Part shown: positions 11,407-20,894 of the stretch, piece after piece
How positions within the stretch are numbered: the first letter of the stretch is position 1
How the letters are laid out: the number at the start of each line of letters is the position of its first letter
IMG/VR virus record: IMGVR_UViG_3300021400_000949
Coordinates: 1 to 64,000 of that record
Length of the DNA stretch: 64,000 nt
Direction: 5' to 3' (one strand)
Source of the DNA: a virus
Lineage: Duplodnaviria; Caudoviricetes
The notes under the pieces: generated by a model
Told to the model about the DNA's origin: nothing
The model's input: the letters and a program-made list of their open reading frames with translations, nothing else
Databases searched by the model: none
Position numbers and translations under genes: made by a program

Positions 11407-11688
11407 TTATTCACTAAGAGAAATTTTCTCAATTATCTCACTTATGCAACTTGATCCACCCATAAGAGCAAGGCCGCCGCATATATAACCGCCGATAGAT
11501 GTATAATCTACCATGCCAAGTTCATGCAACAGGTCAAGTTTATAGCAGAAAGCTAATGTCATTCCTACTACTAAAGCTACTAAGCTCGTGATAAGAGACT
11601 TCTTATCAGAACCATCCCAGAGGAATTTTATTCTATCAATAAAAATCCACATTACTATTGAAAAAGCTATTATTGTTTGCATTTTCAT
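11407..11688 (-). CDS. Putative holin
   Basis: 93 aa with about 3 hydrophobic segments, ends GGSSCISEIIEKI, lies downstream of the endolysin; no TAG. Confidence 0.65.
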   Translation of the reverse strand: MKMQTIIAFSIVMWIFIDRIKFLWDGSDKKSLITSLVALVVGMTLAFCYKLDLLHELGMVDYTSIGGYICGGLALMGGSSCISEIIEKISLSE

Positions 11689-11737
11689 TCCTCCTTTTAC
11701 TCGATTATTAGTATTTTTAAAGTTATTAATTTATCGA

Positions 11738-12178
11738 TTATTCAGCATTTCCAGGGTCATCAGAACTACTAATACTGCCTGGAATATACATATATGTTGG
11801 TGATAAGTGTACTGAAATAAAGCCACTTGAAGATATATCAAAAAATTCAATTATTATACCATTTGGATTGTCCTAGTCAGAGAAAGCGGTGCAACTTCTT
11901 ACTGTATGTGACTGTGTTCCGTCAGATAGCTCTGCTATCCAAACATTTTCTGACGTCACTACACTATAGATTTCATCAAATGTCTTATCACTTTGTATAT
12001 TAGTTCTACTTTCTTCCGAATCATACTCCCCCAATTCAAAGTGTATAAAGGTAACTGAATTATCGCTGTCACCAGACTCTGAACTTTCCACAATTGCCTC
12101 TATCATTCCCTTTAAAACAGCCGGATTGGTATTATTCGGCGTCTCATTTACATAATTTATAACATCCTAAATATTCAT
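11738..12178 (-). CDS. Hypothetical protein (146 aa, 2 TAG)
   Basis: MNI(Q)DVINYVNETPNNTNPAVLKGM...; reads through TAG 11873 to TAA 11738. Confidence 0.7.
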
Positions 12179-12186
12179 AATTCACC

Positions 12187-13341
12187 TCAATAATAAATCG
12201 GTTTTCTAAACCTGGTCCACTAAGTTCCTGTAACAACCATATCTCTAACAAAGTCATAAACTTTTCTATCGTCTACTTTTGTCAGCTAACATCCATAGGC
12301 GCCACCTGCAAATTCAACGACCCAGCCGCCACCAACATAAGTTCCAATATGGCCATTATATCCAACCCAATCACCAGGTATTAAATTAGTCATTGTTGTA
12401 GCTGTTGAATGTTTAGAATTTGTGCATAAATTATTTGCTGTCGCATCAAAAGTATTAGAAACCTTTTTATGCTTTCTAAGGTACCCTACTTCCATACCTG
12501 AACAATCAGAAGCTGGTAAATTAGGATTCTTTTTTATCTATTCAAGCATCCATTCTTTTCTTCCGCCATTAAAGTAACCAGGATGTTTCTTTGCTGCGGC
12601 TTCCACTTCTTTAGCATCAGCAATATTTAATTTAAGGTCAGTACCATATAAATTAGATCCAAATATGTATAGGGCGCGAGTTAACCCCTTAACATCTTTA
12701 TCATAAGCGTATCTAAGAATTTCCAGCACAACTTCTTTTCTAAAATCACTAACCTTTAGCAAGTCAGCTTCAATTGATTTTCTCTTATCTTCGGCAATAT
12801 GTGTATAACTATCTAATATGCTTTTCTTTTCTGGCTTTTTCTATCCTTTAATAAAGTCATCTTCAATAGCTGTCCAAGTAATCCTTCCAATAACCCCATC
12901 AACAGTTAGCCCATTTAATTCCTAATAAAGTTTAACAGCCTTTACTGTGTCCGCGCCGAAAGTATCACTGTCAATCTTTTTAATTGACTTATCATAGTAT
13001 TCTAAAGCAAAAAGCGCATCCTTCATATATCTAACATCTTTACCACTCATGCCTTGCTTTAAAAGTCTTGTATATGTAATCTTCTAGGAAGCGTTATAAT
13101 CACGTTCTATTGCGGTCCAGGTTTTCTTTCCAACAATACCATCAACAGTTAACTTCGCGCCGGATGTATCTTTATGTGTAGATTGATAAGATTTAACTGC
13201 TTTAGTTGTATCTGAACCAAAAATACTAGAGCTAATCTTTTTTACTGAATTTGGGTAGTATTTTAATTCAAAAAGCATATCTTTAATATAACGAACATCT
13301 TTTCCAGACATTCCCTATTTAAGTGTTCTAGTAAAATCCAT
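12187..13341 (-). CDS. Endolysin: two PG-binding domains plus NlpC/P60-like peptidase (384 aa, 7 TAG)
   Basis: Two RxLKQGMSGKDVRY...FGxDTxKAVKxYQ...VDGIVGxxTW repeats; catalytic DCSG and GHIG; TAG at 13315, 13084, 12922, 12841, 12538, 12286, 12220, all in frame. Confidence 0.9.
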
Positions 13342-13416
13342 TTTCACTCCTCCTTCTAAAATTTTCTCATAAATAAGTCGACAAAAAGCCCCTTCACTCT
13401 ATTAACTTAACAAAGT

Positions 13417-13445
13417 TTGACTTTTAATAAAAATTCTGATATAAT
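13417..13445 (+). promoter_or_regulatory. sigmaA-type promoter starting the replication block
   Basis: TTGACT-17 bp-TATAAT, divergent from the endolysin. Confidence 0.8.
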
Positions 13446-13474
13446 TTAAAAAAAGAATAAGGGGAATAATAAAT

Positions 13475-13846
13475 ATGGATAATAAAGAAAAAGATAAATT
13501 ATATAGTGATTTAAGTAATGTATGTATTCAAAATCTTTATACCGTATCTAAAAAAACAGAATTAATAACCTTTAAAAATTTTGATACAAAAAATAAAAAT
13601 CACTTATTTTTATTTGAAATGGCAAAAATAGTCAATAATTTATTTGGATATAAAATTCAACTTCAGTGTGGATTTTTTAAATTTTTATGTTTAAAGAATA
13701 AAAGCGAAGGTATCCAACGCATTTCACCTAAAAAAATAACCATTAATGGAATTAAATGTGAAGATTTCTTAGAATATATAACAAAAGCCTGGAAAGTTGA
13801 TGAAAATATTTGGTCAGAAATTTATAAGGATTGGTATGAAAAATGA
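13475..13846 (+). CDS. Hypothetical protein
   Basis: 123-aa ORF with RBS; overlaps the next gene (ATGA). Confidence 0.7.
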   Translation: MDNKEKDKLYSDLSNVCIQNLYTVSKKTELITFKNFDTKNKNHLFLFEMAKIVNNLFGYKIQLQCGFFKFLCLKNKSEGIQRISPKKITINGIKCEDFLEYITKAWKVDENIWSEIYKDWYEK

Positions 13847-14295
13847 TTTATGGTTACTCAGACGGCGCGACTTCGAATAATGAAAAGGGAAAAGGTATTG
13901 GTGGGATAGGCTGGCTTATATTAGATGAGAAAGAAAATATTGTAAGCTACGGCGCTGACCATATATCAAATACCACAAATAACGAATGCGAGCTGCTTGC
14001 TTTAATAACTTTATGCCACGAAATAGTTAGAGAATTGGATCCAGTAGATGCTGCTCTTATCTATTCTGATTCAGCTTATTGTATAAATTGCTATGAGCAA
14101 AAATGGTGGTCTAAATGGGAGAATAATGGATGGATTAATTCTAAAAAAGAACCTGTTAAAAATAGAGAATTATGGGAGCAATTATTACCATTCTTTAAGG
14201 ACTCGCGCCTTACCTTTAGAAAGACTAAGGGGCATAGTGACGATAAATGGAATAATATGGTTGATAGATTGGCTGTTGAAGCTAAAGGAGTATAA
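13843..14295 (+). CDS. rnhA: Ribonuclease HI
   Basis: YSDGA, TNNECEL, IYSDS, KGHS, NNMVDRLA catalytic motifs. Confidence 0.92.
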   Translation: MIYGYSDGATSNNEKGKGIGGIGWLILDEKENIVSYGADHISNTTNNECELLALITLCHEIVRELDPVDAALIYSDSAYCINCYEQKWWSKWENNGWINSKKEPVKNRELWEQLLPFFKDSRLTFRKTKGHSDDKWNNMVDRLAVEAKGV

Positions 14296-14298
14296 GAT

Positions 14299-15285
14299 AT
14301 GCTAAATGTAATAGTACCTATGTATAAGGCGCGAGACACATTACCAGACCTTTTAGATTCTTTTGTTACACAAACAAAGAAAAGATTTTTTATTACTTTA
14401 GTTAATGACGCTGATGGAGAAGATTATTCTGATATTATAGAAAAGTATTCAAATAGAGGATTACATATTAATTACCTTATAAATCCAAAAAATGGAGGGC
14501 CGGGTGCGGCGCGCCAATATGGATTAGACCATAATAAAATGTGCGATTATGTAGCATTTTGCGATGCGGATGATATGGTAACACCACAATATGTAGAGTT
14601 GCTTTATGACCACGCAAAAGCAGTTGGCGCCGATGTTGTAGTATCCCCTATTTATGTTGAAAAGAAACATGGTATATCTAGCATGATTACAATAGATAGA
14701 GGCGTGACTTGGCTTCATGGTAAGGCTTATAGATATGACTATTTAAAAAATAATGACATAAGATTCTATGAAGGAATTCGTTGTAATGAAGATGGCGGAT
14801 TTAATAATCTTGCTTTAAATATGACAAGCAAACTTTTAAAGCTTGAATTTCCCTTATATTTATGGCGAGATTATAAAGGTTCTCTTACGCGCGTTGATAG
14901 ATTAGATTTTGCGAAAGTGGGAAGTTGGCAACATATCTATTGTTGTTTAAATAGTTGTATGCGTCTTATAGAACAAAAATATGTAAAAGATGATAAACTT
15001 ATTGACTTTGTACAATCTTATATTAGTTTAGCATATAATTTTTATCAAATAATTTTAGCTGTAAACGGTGATCATGGAAATACAGAAGAATTAATAAAAG
15101 AATTTTTACATAAAGATTATGTTCAACAAATTTTAAAAAGTAAAAATTCAATAAGGAAAATATTAAAAAAGATTAAAATTTCTGAAATTATAGATAAAAA
15201 ACTTTACATATTTAAAGATAACTTTTTTGATTGGATTAAAGAATTTGGTGATGTAGATTTAATTCAAAATTATAATTTTTCTTAA
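14299..15285 (+). CDS. Glycosyltransferase family 2
   Basis: VIVPMY, VNDAD, GPGAARQYG, DADD, NEDGGFN. Confidence 0.9.
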   Translation: MLNVIVPMYKARDTLPDLLDSFVTQTKKRFFITLVNDADGEDYSDIIEKYSNRGLHINYLINPKNGGPGAARQYGLDHNKMCDYVAFCDADDMVTPQYVELLYDHAKAVGADVVVSPIYVEKKHGISSMITIDRGVTWLHGKAYRYDYLKNNDIRFYEGIRCNEDGGFNNLALNMTSKLLKLEFPLYLWRDYKGSLTRVDRLDFAKVGSWQHIYCCLNSCMRLIEQKYVKDDKLIDFVQSYISLAYNFYQIILAVNGDHGNTEELIKEFLHKDYVQQILKSKNSIRKILKKIKISEIIDKKLYIFKDNFFDWIKEFGDVDLIQNYNFS

Positions 15286-15324
15286 ATTTTTGATATAATA
15301 TATATATAAAGAAAGGAGAAAAAG

Positions 15325-16428
15325 ATGATAGATAATATTGATTTTCATAATATTGAGCCTATGCGATATTGGGCGCCGCCTGCTTCATGGAGTGAAGAAA
15401 AGAAAAAAGAAACAACACAGCTTCGTATATTTAGTGGTGATTGGCTAGGTGCGCGCAAGATGGACGGAGCCTTTTATAAGTTCATTAAAAACGATGACGG
15501 TTCAATGGAGCTTTTAGGGCGTTCAAAGAGTGTAAAGGGTGATTACTTAAATAAAATCGAATGGGTACCACAGCTTAATGAATTTTTTGAAGCAATTCCA
15601 GAAGGAACTTGTCTATTAGGTGAGCTTTATTTTCCAGATAATGAAGGTAGCTCTAACGTAACAACAATAATGGGATGTTTGTTAGATAAGGCGCTTGCTC
15701 GTCAGGAAAAGAATGAAAAGCTTCATTATTATATATTTGATATTCTTGCATATAATGGGCACTCAATGCTGGAAAAGACCGCAAGAGTAAGATTTGAATT
15801 TCTTGATGCTTTAAGCGAGAAAATAAAATCACCTTTTATTGAGTATGCAAAGTATTATGACGGCGCGGACTTGTGGAATCATCTCCAAGATATTTTGGCA
15901 AATGGCGGTGAAGGTATGGTTATAACAAGAAAGGAATCTTTATATCAGCCGGGTAAACGCCCATCAAAGGATTGCCAAAAGGTTAAAAAGGAACTCCAGG
16001 AAACAATTGATTGCTTCTTCACTGGCAAATTTATGGCGCCGAGCCGTATTTATACAGGAAAAGAATTGGAAAAATGGACATATTGGTGTGACGATGTAAC
16101 CGATGAACGCAAACTTGGTGAACATTATAAAGAATATGCAGAGGGCGCGCCTATAGTCCCTGTAACTAAGCCTTATTTCTATAATTGGGCGGGAAGCCTT
16201 GAAATTGGTGTATTAAAGGACGGAGAAGTTTACCCTATTGGATATTTAAGTGGTTTAACTGAAGAAATAAAGGCTAATCCAAAAGCATATGCAGGGAAAG
16301 CTATTGAAGTAACTGCAATGGAAATAATGAATACAGAAAACAAGGGTTTAAGGCATGCAAAAATGTTAAACTTTAGACCTGACCTTACATATAAGGATTG
16401 CACTTGGGAGAAGTTAGGAATTGAATAA
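15325..16428 (+). CDS. ATP-dependent DNA ligase
   Basis: KMDG adenylation motif, LLGEL, IFDIL, GEGMVI, KVK. Confidence 0.88.
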   Translation: MIDNIDFHNIEPMRYWAPPASWSEEKKKETTQLRIFSGDWLGARKMDGAFYKFIKNDDGSMELLGRSKSVKGDYLNKIEWVPQLNEFFEAIPEGTCLLGELYFPDNEGSSNVTTIMGCLLDKALARQEKNEKLHYYIFDILAYNGHSMLEKTARVRFEFLDALSEKIKSPFIEYAKYYDGADLWNHLQDILANGGEGMVITRKESLYQPGKRPSKDCQKVKKELQETIDCFFTGKFMAPSRIYTGKELEKWTYWCDDVTDERKLGEHYKEYAEGAPIVPVTKPYFYNWAGSLEIGVLKDGEVYPIGYLSGLTEEIKANPKAYAGKAIEVTAMEIMNTENKGLRHAKMLNFRPDLTYKDCTWEKLGIE

Positions 16429-16816
16429 TACATCTATTGGTGAAGGTCACATCATAGAAATATTACAAAAAGAAAAAATCAAATTTGAACGAGAAAAAAC
16501 CTATAAAGACTTACAACATGGTCTTTATAGGTATGATTTTTTTATCCCAGATTTAAATATTCTAATTGAATATGATGGAGAGCAACACTTTAAATTTGTA
16601 AAAAAGTTTTATAAAAAGCGTTCTGAATTTTTAAAGGCACAAGAACATGATAGACGAAAAAATTCTTACGCCCTCGCGCATAAGATAAATCTTTATCGAA
16701 TTCCTTATTGGGAATTAGAAAATATAAAAACCTTTCAAGATTTAATACAAAAACGTTTTTTAGTAAATACAAAATGGTGGAATGATAATCTAAAAAATAA
16801 AGCGAACTTTAGATAA
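16421..16816 (+). CDS. PD-(D/E)xK / DUF559-like endonuclease
   Basis: RYDFFI...LIEYDGEQHF...HDRRKN..A....INLYRIPY. Confidence 0.75.
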   Translation: MNNTSIGEGHIIEILQKEKIKFEREKTYKDLQHGLYRYDFFIPDLNILIEYDGEQHFKFVKKFYKKRSEFLKAQEHDRRKNSYALAHKINLYRIPYWELENIKTFQDLIQKRFLVNTKWWNDNLKNKANFR

Positions 16817-16856
16817 CCTCACTTTTATTCGTAAGATAGAAAGGAGGTAAGTACCG

Positions 16857-17315
16857 ATGAACCTAATAAGAGATATAGCTGCTATAATTGGTTGTATTTC
16901 TGCTTTCTTGGCACTGGTAGCTACTTTTTCTGAAAAGGGACAGGTCGCCATTAGAAAGATTTTTACAAAGCACACCTAGCAGATTATAGATACGGACAAT
17001 AAGCAAAACGAAGAAATTAAAGAAATTAAGGATTTGTTAGTTAATTTTATTAATACTACAAAAGAATAGAATGATAAAATTGACGCAAAGCTTGAATCAA
17101 TAAGCGAAGGCTCTAAGGACATGCTTAGACAAAGAATTATGAGTTATTATTATAAAGGAAAACAATATCGCGAACTTTCAATTTATCAAAAAGAAGCGGT
17201 AGATGAACTTTATAAAGACTATAAAAAGTTAGGTGGAAATAATTATATTGATAAATACTACGCGCGAATGAGTGAATGGAATGTTCACTATGCGGAAGAA
17301 TTAATGGATGATTAA
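16857..17315 (+). CDS. Membrane-anchored coiled-coil protein, holin/lysis-associated-like (152 aa, 2 TAG)
   Basis: AGGAGG RBS; N-terminal TM helix (IAAIIGCISAFLALV); TAG 16977 and 17067; C-terminal LYKDYKKLGGNNYID. Confidence 0.7.
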
Positions 17316-17324
17316 AATTTTTAT

Positions 17325-17358
17325 GAGAGAAGTCAGAATTTGATTTCTCTCTTTTTTT
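17325..17358 (+). terminator. Intrinsic terminator overlapping the next promoter
   Basis: GAGAGAAGTCA/TGATTTCTCTC stem plus T7. Confidence 0.7.
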
Positions 17359-17368
17359 ATGGTATAAT
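17340..17368 (+). promoter_or_regulatory. sigmaA-type promoter
   Basis: TTGATT-17 bp-TATAAT. Confidence 0.65.
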
Positions 17369-17400
17369 TAAAAAAAAGAAAATGGAGAATTATAAATATT

Positions 17401-18408
17401 ATGATTTATATAATATGTATATTATCTATTATATTAATATTTTTATTAATATAGAATAAAGTATAGAGAAATAATTTAAATAAATAGAATTAGCTAATAG
17501 AAAATGAATATAAAAAGTTAAAACAAGAAAAAAAAGATTAGTTAACTAGCGAATTAAATGATTTAATTACTAAAAATAAAGAGCTACTAAATAAAGTTAA
17601 TGAATTAGAATATTCTTGTAATTTAATTTAGCGAGATATAGATTAGAAAAAAGAATTTAATAATTCACTTTTAAAGATAAGGGAAGATGAGCTTAATACT
17701 TTAATGAAAGCTAAAGAAAATACGGCGCGTCTTCATGTTAAAGAGAATGTTGAAAAATATTATCAGCAACAAAAAGAAAAGATAAATAAAGCTATAACCG
17801 AAGCCGAAGAAGATTATTAGCTTAAAAAATAGGAATTGGAACAATAGCTTGGAGATTTACTTGTTTAGGTTTACAACTTTAAGGCGCAACGTGATAGTAT
17901 AAATGAAGAATTAATGCGCCAACGTCAAATAGAGGAAGATAAGGCCTTTTATAAAATGAATATTAGTGATTTAGATAAAAAGGATATAGAAATACTTAAA
18001 AATGCAAGTTTACATTTATCTAAGCCTGATGCTGTTAATAAGATAATTTGGACTGGTTATTATCAAAAACCTCTTGCTGATTTAAGAAAAAGATTACTCC
18101 CAAAAGGAGATATTAGCGGTGTATATAAGATAACTAGGTTAAAAACGGGAGAAATTTATATAGGACAAACCGTATCAATAGATAAAAGATGGCAAGATCA
18201 TGTAAAATCTGCTATTGGGGTAGGTACATTAGCATCAAGTCAACTGCATAGAGTAATGGCAGAAGATGGTCCTGAAAATTTTACTTTTGAAATATTAGAA
18301 GAAACACCAAAAGAAAAGCTAAGAGAAAGAGAATCGTTTTATATAGATTTTTATGATAGTAAAAATTATGGGTTAAATAGTGTTAGAGGGGATAGAAATG
18401 ACGATTAA
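17401..18408 (+). CDS. TM helix, coiled coil and GIY-YIG nuclease (335 aa, 11 TAG)
   Basis: ATG 17401 is in frame with track ORF 17914; MIYIICILSIILIFLLI TM; SGVYKITRLKTGEIYIGQT...RWQDH...RERE GIY-YIG motifs. Confidence 0.8.
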
Positions 18409-19462
18409 TGATATATAGAGACAAATAATTACTACTGCCGCGCCCCATGTTTTGGTACCAAGTGCTGCCGCATCTGGAAAAAGCGAGACATTAGTAAATA
18501 GAATTAAATATTTATTAAGTTAGGGAATTGACCCATATAAAATAGTGGCTATTACTTTTACCAATAACGCTGCTTCGGTAATGTATGAAAGAATAGGGCG
18601 GCCGGATGGTCTGTTTATTGGAACAGTTCATTCTTATTGTAATTATCTTTTACGTAGTGGATCAATTGATACATCAAAAATTTTAGATAACGAACAATTT
18701 GACGATTTGTTTCCTTTAATATAGGAAAACCCACAATGTATTAAAGAGGTTGATTATTTATTAGTAGATGAAGCACAGGACTCAACAAAAGAATAGTTTG
18801 AATTCTTTGAATTAATAAAGCCAAAGAATTACATGTATTTTTATGATTTGCGGCAAAGCATTTATGGATTTGCAGGGGCTTATCCAGAGTATTTATTAAA
18901 AAAAGAAGAAGAATTAAATGTTACTGTTTATGAAATGAATCGAAATTATCGTAACTTTCCAACTATTTTAAAATTTGCAAAAAAGTTTTTGTGGCGGCTT
19001 GGGTATAAGTATGAAGATAATTCAATACCTATGCGGCAACCCGATTTTACCTCTCCTGTAATATAGATAGAAGTATTACCTTCATAGTTGGTAGACTTAA
19101 TAAAACGTTATGAACCTAATCAACAATGGAAAGATTGGTTTATTTTATGCCGTACAAATGCAGATGTAACAATTTTTCAGACTATATTAAACAAGGTTGA
19201 AATACCAAATGATACCTTTAAACAGGCTGATTTAACAAATTCTCAAATTTAGGGAAAGTTGAAAGAGAATACTATTAAAGTGTTGACAGTTCATTCAAGT
19301 AAGGGGTTAGAAAATAAAAAAGTTGCGGTCTATAATTTACTTGCATATAATGATGAAGAGGCGCGCTTATGCTACGTTGCGGCAACTAGAGCGATGGATT
19401 AGTTAATCTGGGCAAAAACTCCTTCAAAAAAACGCAAGAAAAAAGTAGAAAACTGGGAATAA
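18398..19462 (+). CDS. Compact UvrD/Rep (SF1A) helicase (354 aa, 8 TAG)
   Basis: INDI(Q), [25 protein letters not shown](Q), [39 protein letters not shown]. Confidence 0.9.
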
Positions 19463-19484
19463 GAAGGGTAAAACCTTCTTTTTT
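19461..19484 (+). terminator. Intrinsic terminator
   Basis: AAGAAGG/CCTTCTT stem plus T-run. Confidence 0.55.
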
Positions 19485-19504
19485 CATTTTAGAGAATTTT
19501 AAAT

Positions 19505-19533
19505 TTGCAATTTTTATAAATTTTTAGTATAAT
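19505..19533 (+). promoter_or_regulatory. sigmaA-type promoter
   Basis: TTGCAA-17 bp-TATAAT. Confidence 0.7.
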
Positions 19534-19564
19534 ATAATTAAGAATGGAAGAAAGGTGAAAAATA

Positions 19565-20086
19565 ATGAGTAATGAATATAAAGATTGGGAAAATGACTTA
19601 AAGAACGCACAAGAGGGTACCCCGGATTATAATAGATGGCTTTGTATAGAATATCCTTTTCTTATACCTAGAAATCGTTTTACAGATAAAGAGATAGAAA
19701 ATTATGACTATACTTGGACCGAATTAGATGCTATGCCTAGTGGTTGGAAAAAAACTTTTGGCATACAAATGTGTGAAGAGATAGCTAAAGTATTGAAAAA
19801 AGCTGATTATCTTTATGATTATAGAATAACTCAGATAAAAGAAAAATGGGGAGAGCTTTGTTGGTATGATAAAGGTGCTCCTAAAATAATCTATGATGAG
19901 CTTTGCAATATTATAGAGAAATATCAAGATTTATCACGAACAATTTGTTGTGTATGTGGCGCGCCCGCGGAATATGTTACAATGAACTGGATCGGGTATT
20001 ATTGCGATGAACATTCTAAAAACAATAGAAGCCGTGTGACTATAAAAAGATATGAGGAGATGTTAAATGAATTATACTATAGATGA
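19565..20086 (+). CDS. Hypothetical phage protein with C-terminal Cys motif
   Basis: 173 aa; QIKEKWGELCWY; CCVCG...YCDEH. Confidence 0.75.
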   Translation: MSNEYKDWENDLKNAQEGTPDYNRWLCIEYPFLIPRNRFTDKEIENYDYTWTELDAMPSGWKKTFGIQMCEEIAKVLKKADYLYDYRITQIKEKWGELCWYDKGAPKIIYDELCNIIEKYQDLSRTICCVCGAPAEYVTMNWIGYYCDEHSKNNRSRVTIKRYEEMLNELYYR

Positions 20087-20150
20087 TATACTGGTCTAAA
20101 AATATGTATTATCCATTTAGTCCGGTTACTTATTAATAGAGGTGATAAAA

Positions 20151-20894
20151 ATGGGATTAAAAAATGAATTAGGAAATACATATGGATATTTAACAGTAAT
20201 CGCTAGAGCAGAAAATACAAAAGAAGGTCGTGCTCAATGGTTATGTAAATGTAAATGTGGAAATGAAGTAGTAGTTTTAGGCAAGCATTTACGTTCTGGT
20301 AATACTAAATCTTGTGGGTGCTATTAGAAAGAACGAGCTATAGAATCAAATTTACAACGTGGCGGTAATTTAATTGGAAAAAGATTTGGTAGATTAGTTG
20401 TTTTATACGAAAATGGTTTTATAAATAAATCAGATGGAAGACGCGCAAGATTATGGCATTGTAAATGTGATTGTGGAAATGAGTGTGATGTTTAGCACCA
20501 ATATTTACAATGTGGTGATACTAACTCTTGTGGATGTATTAATTCAATAGGAAATATGACGATAAATCGTTTATTAAACAAAGCGGGGATTAAGTATGAA
20601 AGTGAATATAGTTTTAAAGATTTTATCTGTATAACTTATCCATACTAGTTTGATTTTGCTTTATTTGATAAAGAAGATAACTTATTAGGATTAATTGAAT
20701 ATCAAGGAGATATACATTTTACCTATAAAGAATATGGTTGGAACACAAAAGATAAATTTGAAGAACGAGTAAGAAGAGATAAGGAAAAATTTGATTTTTG
20801 TTAGAAAAATAATATAAAATTATATTATATTACTTATAAAGATGATATTGAAGAAAAAATAAAGGAGATATTAAATGAATTATACGGCAAATGA
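20151..20894 (+). CDS. Free-standing homing-endonuclease-like protein (247 aa, 4 TAG)
   Basis: Two WxCKCxCG...G.T.SCGC modules, then FDFAL...LIEYQGDIHF...RDKEK; overlaps the gyrB start. Confidence 0.75.
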
